The notes: generated by a model from the sequence alone, not told the origin. A stretch of 64,000 bases of DNA from an uncultured virus (IMG/VR IMGVR_UViG_3300045253_000007) (IMGVR_UViG_3300045253_000007), one strand, 5' to 3'; counted from the first letter of the stretch, positions 51,748-58,693 are shown. Numbers and translations are program-made.

Positions 51748-51822
51748 AGCCGGTGTGCAGTAAGTCGTGGTGATTTTCCTACGCATGCACACCGGCTGTT
51801 CCCTTCTAAAGAAAGAAGTATA

Positions 51823-52755
51823 ATGTCTAGATTCAAGGATAAGGCGTCTGCTGTTTATGAGCAGGGCGTTGCAGAGCGCGGTAACTTTACACCATCCGGT
51901 GCGCCGCTAAGGATTTACAAGAACTGGGCCGCACGTACCGGCTCTGCCCCAGCAAAGGAAAACTTCTGCCACTTCTGGCGAGTTGTCGCTATCTGGGCAC
52001 CCCTCGCATGGTTCTCTGAAAAGGGACAGGCGCTCGTCAACAAGACGGCTGTGCAGGTCTCTGCCGGTATCGTGCTTTTGGCTGCGGTAGTCTGGGCATG
52101 TTTCCAGTTTACCAGTGTGTTTCAGGGTGTCGCGGTAGTTCTAGGAACTGTCTTTGCACTGTGCGCATTGCTAGCCGGTGTTGTCATTTCCGCTGAAACA
52201 TTTATTCCAGATGAGGGTGAGTGGGACGCACCATGGCAGAAGTATTTAACATATGCTCTGGCTGTTGTCGGACTACCGTTTGCGCTAGTTGGCTTCACTG
52301 TTGCAAGCATTGGCTTCAACTGGAAGCAGTCTTGGAACAAGCCAATCCTTAACGTGTTAGGTGGATTTGCTTTCCTCGTAGGCGTTGGAGGCATTGTTGC
52401 CCTAGTTGTTAGCGCATTCATGTCGCTCGGTTGGATTCTTCTCGCTTACATCGCTGGCGTAGCCGTGGCTATCGTTGGTGTAGGTGCTGCGCTGACCGGT
52501 ATTGTTACCTTCATTGAGGGTAAGCGCGCTCTTGCTAAGGCCGCAAAGAAGGCTGCTAGGGATAAGCGTTACGATGACTGGCTCCATGACAGGATTACAG
52601 ACGACGAATACTACGGTCGTACGGCACACTCTCCTAGCAAGTTTGAGTTGAAGGTTGCCGCTTTCTTCACAGCCATTGCCGACTTCCTAGTTCTAGCATT
52701 TCAGGTTGTCCGCGTCAACAAGTGGAAGATTTGTCCTATCGTAGAGGTCAAGTAG
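51823..52755 (+). CDS. multi-pass membrane protein
   Basis: About 5-6 hydrophobic helices. Confidence 0.75.
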   Translation: MSRFKDKASAVYEQGVAERGNFTPSGAPLRIYKNWAARTGSAPAKENFCHFWRVVAIWAPLAWFSEKGQALVNKTAVQVSAGIVLLAAVVWACFQFTSVFQGVAVVLGTVFALCALLAGVVISAETFIPDEGEWDAPWQKYLTYALAVVGLPFALVGFTVASIGFNWKQSWNKPILNVLGGFAFLVGVGGIVALVVSAFMSLGWILLAYIAGVAVAIVGVGAALTGIVTFIEGKRALAKAAKKAARDKRYDDWLHDRITDDEYYGRTAHSPSKFELKVAAFFTAIADFLVLAFQVVRVNKWKICPIVEVK

Positions 52756-53036
52756 TGCAAGACAAAGCAGTAGACATGCGCGGTAGATTATTTGGTATAG
52801 GTGATATGGTAATCTACCGCGCAGGTAAAGGCTTGAAAATTGCAAACGTTGTAAAGTTTACTTACAGCGTGAGCGGTAGGATTTTCCGAGTTGGTGTTGA
52901 GGTTGACAAGTATCGACCTGACGGTAGCATGTATCCTTATCACTATAGTCTAGACTACTATCCCAGCAACTTCTGTCTTATCAGTAAAGAGGATATTGGT
53001 GACAAGGCTACAGACGCGGGAGTGAGATTGCCATGA
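52755..53036 (+). CDS. small SH3/KOW-like hypothetical protein
   Basis: DMRGRLFGIGDMVIY; similar to ORFs at 55166 and 56460. Confidence 0.6.
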   Translation: MQDKAVDMRGRLFGIGDMVIYRAGKGLKIANVVKFTYSVSGRIFRVGVEVDKYRPDGSMYPYHYSLDYYPSNFCLISKEDIGDKATDAGVRLP

Positions 53037-53230
53037 TGAGACGTACTCAGGCTTTTGAATATATAGTAGATGCATATTATGTAGACGAAATGGAGCATGA
53101 AGATTTTGAGGAAATGATGAGGCTTCTCATAGATACTCCACACAAACCTTGGTGTAGGACTAGGTTTGCTGAGAGTATGCCAAATTATGGCTCTGAATGT
53201 ACCTGTGATGAAGGAACTATGCTACAATAG
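53033..53230 (+). CDS. hypothetical protein
   Basis: 65 aa with H...C...CxC. Confidence 0.5.
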   Translation: MMRRTQAFEYIVDAYYVDEMEHEDFEEMMRLLIDTPHKPWCRTRFAESMPNYGSECTCDEGTMLQ

Positions 53231-53234
53231 TAGT

Positions 53235-54215
53235 ATGACTATTGAATTCAAGGCAGGACGCCTGCCCAACGACCCAACCAAGCCTAGGCTAAAGTTTTCT
53301 AGGTTCTCCACTGGCGTGCAGGTACAATTTCCAGCCACAAAGGATTGGTTTTCTAGAGTAACAGATTGGCCGATGTACGGCAATGACCAATACGGCGACT
53401 GCGTATGGGCCAAGATTGGTCACGAGATTGAGCAGACCACTCAGTACGGTCAGGGAGTTACTAAGGAAGTAACTCTAGCAGATGTCCTAAAGGGATATCA
53501 CGATGTTACCGGCTTCGACCCTGTAACTGGTGCCAATGACAACGGTACTGTTATTCAGGATGCTCTCAACTACTGGCGCAAGACTGGCGTCGGTGGTCAC
53601 AAGATTCTAGCATTCGCTGAGGTTGATGTTAAGAACCCAGATGAACTACACGCAGCACTAGACCTATTCGGCTTCCTATCTTTGGGTATTGATTTCCCAG
53701 CAAGCGCCATGGACCAGTTCAATGCTGGTCAGCCGTGGGACGTTGTGTCAGGTTCTCAGATTGAGGGCGGTCACGCTATCAACGCTGGCTTCTATGATAT
53801 AGCAGCAAAGGAATGGAAGATTGTTACTTGGGGCAAGGTCCAGACCATGACTCAGGCATTCTGGGATAAGTACGTTACTGAGGCTTGGGTAGTTGTTTCA
53901 CCTGAATGGGTTGCTGCTAACAAGAACCCGGACGGTGTTGACTTGAACGCTCTAGGTTCAGACTTTGTTCAGATTACAGGTGGTGCAAATCCCTTTCCAA
54001 ACGTTGCACCTACGCCAACGCCTGCGCCAGTTCCTACTCCAACTCCCGTACCGGTTCCAACGCCTACTCCGAGTCCTACGCCAACGCCTACACCAGTTCC
54101 TACCCCGCCGGTAGATGACTTTGTGGCATACGCAAGGCAGTGGTCTAGCGAGCATCACGTATTCTATAAGACATTCCAAGCAAAGTTAAGGGCTTGGCTA
54201 GCAACACAACCGTAA
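53235..54215 (+). CDS. papain-like (C1-type) cysteine peptidase with Pro-Thr linker
   Basis: YGDCV, GGHAI, VTWG; PTPTP repeat; leaderless start. Confidence 0.75.
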   Translation: MTIEFKAGRLPNDPTKPRLKFSRFSTGVQVQFPATKDWFSRVTDWPMYGNDQYGDCVWAKIGHEIEQTTQYGQGVTKEVTLADVLKGYHDVTGFDPVTGANDNGTVIQDALNYWRKTGVGGHKILAFAEVDVKNPDELHAALDLFGFLSLGIDFPASAMDQFNAGQPWDVVSGSQIEGGHAINAGFYDIAAKEWKIVTWGKVQTMTQAFWDKYVTEAWVVVSPEWVAANKNPDGVDLNALGSDFVQITGGANPFPNVAPTPTPAPVPTPTPVPVPTPTPSPTPTPTPVPTPPVDDFVAYARQWSSEHHVFYKTFQAKLRAWLATQP

Positions 54216-54216
54216 C

Positions 54217-54245
54217 TTGACAAGCACAATTGAAGATGATATACT
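54217..54245 (+). promoter_or_regulatory. promoter of tRNA cluster 1
   Basis: TTGACA-17-TATACT. Confidence 0.85.
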
Positions 54246-54275
54246 GGTCTAGTGCCAGTTAATCAATGGCATTAT

Positions 54276-54349
54276 TGCTCATTAGACAAATTGGTAAAGT
54301 CACTTGACTCTGAATCAAGAATTTCTAGGTTCGACTCCTAGATGAGCAG
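54276..54349 (+). tRNA. trnQ: tRNA-Gln(CTG)
   Basis: Cloverleaf; anticodon loop CTCTGAA; T loop TTCGACT. Confidence 0.9.
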
Positions 54350-54354
54350 CGCAC

Positions 54355-54383
54355 TTGACACCGCTGAGAGGGCAGTGTATAGT
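54355..54383 (+). promoter_or_regulatory. promoter directly upstream of the anticodon-less tRNA-like RNA
   Basis: TTGACA-17-TATAGT. Confidence 0.85.
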
Positions 54384-54390
54384 AGAGCAT

Positions 54391-54460
54391 GAACGTGTGG
54401 TGTATTACTGAGGCACACCGGGGAGACCCGGAGGATTGAGTTCGCAACTCAGCACGTCCA
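54391..54460 (+). ncRNA. tRNA-like RNA with a GAGA tetraloop in place of the anticodon loop
   Basis: Acceptor GAACGTG/CACGTCC, D arm GTGT/GCAC, CCGGG-GAGA-CCCGG, T arm TTGAG-TTCGCAA-CTCAG. Confidence 0.75.
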
Positions 54461-54500
54461 CTTAGTCCGTTGTGGTTGGCTAGTCCAACGTGAACGGCTT

Positions 54501-54571
54501 ATCCCATAAGTGTTACGGTAGCATAACGGTCTCCAAAGCCGCTGGACTGGGTTCAATTCCTAGATGGGGTG
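54501..54571 (+). tRNA. trnW: tRNA-Trp(CCA)
   Basis: Cloverleaf; loop CTCCAAA. Confidence 0.88.
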
Positions 54572-54596
54572 CAAGTCGAAGGACTATAAACTTTAT

Positions 54597-54668
54597 CTGT
54601 CTGTGGGAAAGTGGCAATCCGTCAGGTTCGGACCTTGAAGACCGCTGGTTCAAATCCAGCCAGACAGA
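54597..54668 (+). tRNA. trnP: tRNA-Pro(CGG)
   Basis: Cloverleaf; loop TTCGGAC. Confidence 0.85.
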
Positions 54669-54679
54669 CTCCAAAACAA

Positions 54680-54750
54680 ATGGGTGTCGTATAGTGGTAA
54701 GACGTATGCTTTGGGAGCATATGACGAGGGTTCGATTCCCTCCACCCGTA
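54680..54750 (+). tRNA. trnP: tRNA-Pro(TGG)
   Basis: Cloverleaf; loop TTTGGGA. Confidence 0.88.
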
Positions 54751-54786
54751 CGTAACAACTAAAGCCTAGGGGTAACCTTAGGACGA

Positions 54787-54858
54787 CGAGGTATAGTAGA
54801 CTGGTTAGCACAACTCTCTGATAAGGAGTTAAACATGGTTCGATTCCATGTACCTCGA
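54787..54858 (+). tRNA. trnI: tRNA-Ile(GAT)
   Basis: Cloverleaf; loop CTGATAA. Confidence 0.88.
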
Positions 54859-54860
54859 CC

Positions 54861-54921
54861 GGCACTGCAAATCTGGATTGCTTACATTGCGAAAGCATAA
54901 CAACAGTCTGGATTTGGTGCC
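54861..54921 (+). ncRNA. long bulged hairpin with GAAA tetraloop
   Basis: GGCAC-TG-CAAATC-TGGATTG ... TGC-GAAA-GCA ... CAGTCTG-GATTTG-GTGCC. Confidence 0.5.
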
Positions 54922-54954
54922 TATGGGTGTGCGGTGCGAGCCGTATATCCATTT

Positions 54955-55026
54955 GGGAGCGTAGTGAAAAGGTTATCACACTTGCCTGTCGAGCAAGTAG
55001 TCGGGGTTCAAGTCTCCGCGTTCTCG
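54955..55026 (+). tRNA. trnD: tRNA-Asp(GTC) 1
   Basis: Cloverleaf; loop CTGTCGA. Confidence 0.88.
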
Positions 55027-55069
55027 CGTGTAAGGTCTATGTGCGGAGCCACGGCAGCACATAGATAAT

Positions 55070-55146
55070 GGCTCTGTAGCACAGTTGGTTAGCGCGTCTC
55101 CCTGTCACGGAGAAGGTCGCCGGTTCAAGTCCGGTCAGAGTCGCCA
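55070..55146 (+). tRNA. trnD: tRNA-Asp(GTC) 2, CCA encoded
   Basis: Cloverleaf; loop CTGTCAC. Confidence 0.92.
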
Positions 55147-55165
55147 CCTAGTAGATAGGAAATAA

Positions 55166-55450
55166 ATGTCTCAGAAGTTAGAAGACATGTTCGGCAACGC
55201 ATTCGGCGTTGGCGATTTAGTTGTTTTTACAACAAACTCACGCGATTCCGGCCTTTCATTCGGTAAGGTTGATGATATCGTAACAAAGACCGGTACTTAC
55301 CGAAATGGTTTTACATGGACTGAATCCAAGGTACGCATCCGTCACAGTCAGTTGGATGGTACTCTAAAGACGGTTAGGCCAGATTCAGAAATTCTAGTCC
55401 GACCATCTACCATCAATTACAGTAAGTCAAAGTTTCTTACAATCGCTTAG
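55166..55450 (+). CDS. small SH3/KOW-like hypothetical protein
   Basis: DMFGNAFGVGDLVVF. Confidence 0.65.
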   Translation: MSQKLEDMFGNAFGVGDLVVFTTNSRDSGLSFGKVDDIVTKTGTYRNGFTWTESKVRIRHSQLDGTLKTVRPDSEILVRPSTINYSKSKFLTIA

Positions 55451-55458
55451 GAGTATTT

Positions 55459-56463
55459 ATGCATAAGGCACAAAGTCTTATCAATCACGTTGCGCTGGTA
55501 CTAGACGGTTCCAGTTCGATGTCGAAGCACAGGAGCAATCTTATCAAGGTTGCTGACGAGCAGATTAGATATCTTGCTCTGCGTTCAGAGGAACTATCGC
55601 AGGAGACGCGAGTCTCTGTTTACCTCTTTGCTGACCGCGTTGAATGTCTTCTCTTTGACATGGACGTAATGCGTCTTCCATCCATTGCTGATTTGTATAG
55701 AGCAAATGGTATGACGGCGCTCATTGACGCTGTTATCAAGTCTCAGCAGGACTTGACTACGACCAGTCAGTTGTACGGCGACCACGCCTTCCTTACCTTC
55801 GTTCTTACAGACGGTATGGAGAACAGGTCCAATTACTCAATGGTTGAACTTGCAAAAGTGATTTCTGAGGCTGAGGACAACTGGACCATTGGTTATCTAG
55901 TTCCTGACAACTCTGGTGTTGCTTACATGAAGCGCATTGGTGCCAACGGCGGCAGTATAGCCCTGTGGGACGCTACAAGCGCCTCTGGCGTTATTAACGC
56001 TGTCTCCACCATCAGGAGTGCCACTGATAACTTCATGACGGCTAGAGCCTCTGGTGTGCGCGGTACGCGCTCTGTTTTCTCTACCGGCTCAGATGCAGTT
56101 AACAAGAAGACTGTTACACAGAATCTTTCTCCATTGAAGAAGACAGAATACAGCATTCACCCGGTAGGCTCCAAGAGCAGGATTGACGAGTTCGTTCGCG
56201 CACTTGGTTATTCCTACCACGCCGGTATGGGTTACTACCAATTGACAAAGACTGAAACAATCCAGCCTCAGAAAAACGTCATCGTAGTTGACAAGAAGTC
56301 CTTGAAGGCGTATGGTGGCGCATACGCACGACAGTTGATTGGTCTTCCCGACTACTCAACGAGGGTTAAGCCAGATGCCAACCCAGACTACGACATCTTT
56401 GTTCAGTCCACTTCAATCAACCGTAACCTGATGCCAGCAACCAAGTTGCTCATCAAGACATGA
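55459..56463 (+). CDS. von Willebrand factor A (vWA) domain protein
   Basis: MIDAS LDGSSSM, GMTALIDA, LTDGMEN; additional C-terminal domain. Confidence 0.88.
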   Translation: MHKAQSLINHVALVLDGSSSMSKHRSNLIKVADEQIRYLALRSEELSQETRVSVYLFADRVECLLFDMDVMRLPSIADLYRANGMTALIDAVIKSQQDLTTTSQLYGDHAFLTFVLTDGMENRSNYSMVELAKVISEAEDNWTIGYLVPDNSGVAYMKRIGANGGSIALWDATSASGVINAVSTIRSATDNFMTARASGVRGTRSVFSTGSDAVNKKTVTQNLSPLKKTEYSIHPVGSKSRIDEFVRALGYSYHAGMGYYQLTKTETIQPQKNVIVVDKKSLKAYGGAYARQLIGLPDYSTRVKPDANPDYDIFVQSTSINRNLMPATKLLIKT

Positions 56464-56768
56464 CATCTCCCACAGTAGTGTCAGACTACTTCGGAAATTC
56501 AATTAATATTGGTGACAAGGTTCTTTATGTTACTAATAACTCTGGTTGTATGGCATATGGTAAGGTTGTAGATTACTATGAGGCTGGTGTAGGATATCGC
56601 GCACAATACAAAGGTGTCAGGGTAAAGATTCAGCCTCTTGACAATGATGGTTCTCCAACGAAGAAAGTCGTTTGGGATTCGCACCTTGAAAAAAGAGTAA
56701 CTTTAGATAGGCCAGTTTCTACCAAGACGGTAGAATTTGGAGTCGATAAGTTTTTCATAGTAAATTAA
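56460..56768 (+). CDS. small SH3/KOW-like hypothetical protein
   Basis: DYFGNSINIGDKVLY. Confidence 0.65.
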   Translation: MTSPTVVSDYFGNSINIGDKVLYVTNNSGCMAYGKVVDYYEAGVGYRAQYKGVRVKIQPLDNDGSPTKKVVWDSHLEKRVTLDRPVSTKTVEFGVDKFFIVN

Positions 56769-56782
56769 TTTAGGAGGGAGCC

Positions 56783-57325
56783 ATGCGTGAAGTTCTTTTC
56801 AAGACTGTGCATGGCTCCCGACTTTATGGTTTAAGTCATGCAGGTAGTGACGAAGACTTCTACACGGTAGTCACCAAGACGCCGGTAGACGATAGATATA
56901 ACAGACAAACCAAGGCTCGTTATGCAAAGCAAAAGATAACGGGCAGCGAAGACTCATTCGTTGTAGACTTCGGAACTTGGATTGAAATGTGCAAAAGTGG
57001 AGTGCCGCAAGCACTGGAAGCAATGTTTTCTCAAATGCCTATCGAAGATAGGATTGGGGAATTTAGAGCGTCTTTCAGAACCGGACCGGTAGTGATGGAT
57101 AAATACCTTAAAACTATCAAGTCCTTTGCCTTAGCAGAAGACGATACCATAAAGAAGCGTAGGCACGCTCTGAGACTTGCTCTGAACATGAGAGAGTTGG
57201 CTGAAACCGGTAGATTTAATCCAACCCTTTCACAAGAAGATGCAAACTGGATAACATCTATGAGTTCAAAGACTCACGAAGATGTTTATGGTTTGGCCCT
57301 TGTCACGGCTTGGGCACCGCTCTAG
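56783..57325 (+). CDS. pol-beta superfamily nucleotidyltransferase
   Basis: HGSRLYGL...SDED motif; SD AGGAGG. Confidence 0.85.
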   Translation: MREVLFKTVHGSRLYGLSHAGSDEDFYTVVTKTPVDDRYNRQTKARYAKQKITGSEDSFVVDFGTWIEMCKSGVPQALEAMFSQMPIEDRIGEFRASFRTGPVVMDKYLKTIKSFALAEDDTIKKRRHALRLALNMRELAETGRFNPTLSQEDANWITSMSSKTHEDVYGLALVTAWAPL

Positions 57326-57331
57326 TGTAAC

Positions 57332-57361
57332 TTGACACAGACCACCGTGTTGTGCTACACT
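57332..57361 (+). promoter_or_regulatory. promoter of tRNA cluster 2
   Basis: TTGACA-18-TACACT. Confidence 0.75.
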
Positions 57362-57370
57362 AGAGTTCTT

Positions 57371-57442
57371 GGTCCGTTACGTCACCGGTAGACTATTTCC
57401 TTTACACGGAGAGGGCAGTAGGTTCGACTCCTACACGGACTA
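57371..57442 (+). tRNA. trnV: tRNA-Val(TAC)
   Basis: Cloverleaf; loop TTTACAC. Confidence 0.85.
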
Positions 57443-57445
57443 CGC

Positions 57446-57513
57446 ACTCGTATAGCATAATTGGAAAATGCGCCGCCGAAAGCAGAGATAATGGTTCGAT
57501 TCCTAGCGAGCAG
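57446..57513 (+). pseudogene. degenerate tRNA-like sequence with shortened anticodon arm
   Basis: Intact D arm TAGCATAATTGGAAAATGC and GGTTCGATTCC; anticodon arm reduced to CCGCCGAAAGCAG; weak acceptor and T stems. Confidence 0.55.
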
Positions 57514-57516
57514 CAT

Positions 57517-57607
57517 GGAAGTCTAAGTCAAGTTTGGCCTAATGACCACTGTCTTGAAAACAGTTGGGGAAGAAACGCCCGTGTGAGTTCAAGTCTCACG
57601 GCTTCCG
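57517..57607 (+). tRNA. trnS: tRNA-Ser(TGA)
   Basis: Loop CTTGAAA, long variable arm. Confidence 0.88.
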
Positions 57608-57608
57608 C

Positions 57609-57637
57609 TTGACACAGCCGGTAGGCTGTGTTAGTAT
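57609..57637 (+). promoter_or_regulatory. promoter with palindromic spacer
   Basis: TTGACA-17-TAGTAT; ACACAGCC-GGTA-GGCTGTGT. Confidence 0.8.
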
Positions 57638-57642
57638 TAGTT

Positions 57643-57708
57643 ACTGGTGGTAAAGAGTGAAAGTCGGTCAGGTGAGAATCCTGCGCACTAACTCCCTTTA
57701 CCATTGGT
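57643..57708 (+). ncRNA. hairpin RNA capped by a T-loop-like motif
   Basis: TGGTAAAG/CTTTACCA, GAGT/ACTC, CAGG-TGAGAAT-CCTG; begins at the predicted TSS. Confidence 0.5.
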
Positions 57709-57711
57709 CAT

Positions 57712-57783
57712 GTCAGTAGAGCATGTATGGATATGCGCTAGGTTGAAGCCCTTGAAAACAAAGTTCAAGTCTTTGTACTGACA
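57712..57783 (+). tRNA. trnF: tRNA-Phe(GAA)
   Basis: Cloverleaf; loop TTGAAGC; one mismatch in the anticodon stem. Confidence 0.78.
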
Positions 57784-57843
57784 CAGGAACCAGAGAGGAT
57801 ACCCAGTATACAGGTGTTCTATTGTCAAAGAAATCCTCTCAAT

Positions 57844-57914
57844 GCAGCATTGGTATATGGGTTGTGCCCTTGCCTTCCACGCAAGAGAAGTGGGTTCGAA
57901 TCCCGCATGCTGCT
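57844..57914 (+). tRNA. trnG: tRNA-Gly(TCC)
   Basis: Cloverleaf; loop CTTCCAC. Confidence 0.88.
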
Positions 57915-57948
57915 CTGGGATGATGCATCGTCCTAATATTTGATTGTT

Positions 57949-58020
57949 GGTGGGTTCGTCTAGGGGCTCAGGACACCGGACTTTAATCCGGTAACGTTGG
58001 TTCGAATCCAACATCCGGCA
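57949..58020 (+). tRNA. atypical tRNA-Glu-type body with a 6-nt anticodon loop
   Basis: Glu-type D arm TTCGTCTAGGGGCTCAGGACA; CCGGA-CTTTAA-TCCGG. Confidence 0.6.
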
Positions 58021-58031
58021 ATAATCATTAT

Positions 58032-58111
58032 CCGTGTGTAATGGCGGTGGCTACGAACCACTAGTGCATAAAGGAATGAAAATGAGGGTTCGACTCCCTT
58101 CACGCGGTCCA
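58032..58111 (+). tRNA. D-armless tRNA-Arg(ACG)-like RNA with long variable region and encoded CCA
   Basis: CCGTGTG/CACGCGG acceptor, 7-nt linker, GGTGG-CTACGAA-CCACT, GAGGG-TTCGACT-CCCTT, TCCA end. Confidence 0.7.
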
Positions 58112-58154
58112 TCTACGAATTTGACTTTAGTTCGTAGCGTGCTACTATCAACTC

Positions 58155-58538
58155 ATGAAACAGTGTAAGATTGATGGGTGCGATAGCACAGATTTGGCAA
58201 CTAGAAGTTCTATGTGTAAAGAGCATCATAGGGAATATACTAGGGAACACTACAAAGCAAATAAAGTTGCTTATGTAGATAAAGCCAAAAGACACAGAAA
58301 TTCTAATTCTGAACTTGTAAAAGAAGTCAAGTCAATTCCATGTATGGATTGTGGAGTAAAATATCCTTACTATGTAATGGATTTAGACCACAGAGAAGAT
58401 AAGAGTTTTGATATCAGTAGTCATCGCAGTAAGGGCAGATTACAAATCTTAGCAGAGATTGCTAAATGTGATGTAGTTTGTGCAAACTGTCACCGCATTA
58501 GGACATATGACCGTATGAGTGGTATACTGATACCATGA
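58155..58538 (+). CDS. HNH endonuclease within the tRNA region
   Basis: CMDC...MDLDH...CANCHRIRT; leaderless. Confidence 0.85.
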   Translation: MKQCKIDGCDSTDLATRSSMCKEHHREYTREHYKANKVAYVDKAKRHRNSNSELVKEVKSIPCMDCGVKYPYYVMDLDHREDKSFDISSHRSKGRLQILAEIAKCDVVCANCHRIRTYDRMSGILIP

Positions 58539-58693
58539 AAACATTTAGATATAGCGTCAGCATCGTCGTAGAGGTACCAGCCTTTAATGAGATAGATGCT
58601 GAGGAAGCAGTACGTGACGCATTCGGTCTTGGCGAGGTATGCGGCTTAGAAATCATCGAATCAGAGGTCGGAGACTTCACCCTTGCTAACTAA
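58535..58693 (+). CDS. 52-aa acidic protein (not in ORF track)
   Basis: MKTFRYSVSIVVEVPAFNEIDAEE; leaderless ATG after TATACT. Confidence 0.65.
   Translation: MKTFRYSVSIVVEVPAFNEIDAEEAVRDAFGLGEVCGLEIIESEVGDFTLAN

Noticed and set aside
54000..54110. Short tandem DNA repeats as a regulatory array
   Set aside because: They encode the Pro-Thr linker of the peptidase
54490..54979. ORFs overlapping tRNA cluster 1
   Set aside because: Region is fully accounted for by tRNAs and RNA hairpins
57949..58020. Ochre-suppressor (TTA) reading and genetic-code reassignment
   Set aside because: The loop cannot be drawn as a canonical 7-nt TTA loop, and TAA, TAG and TGA all end genes normally
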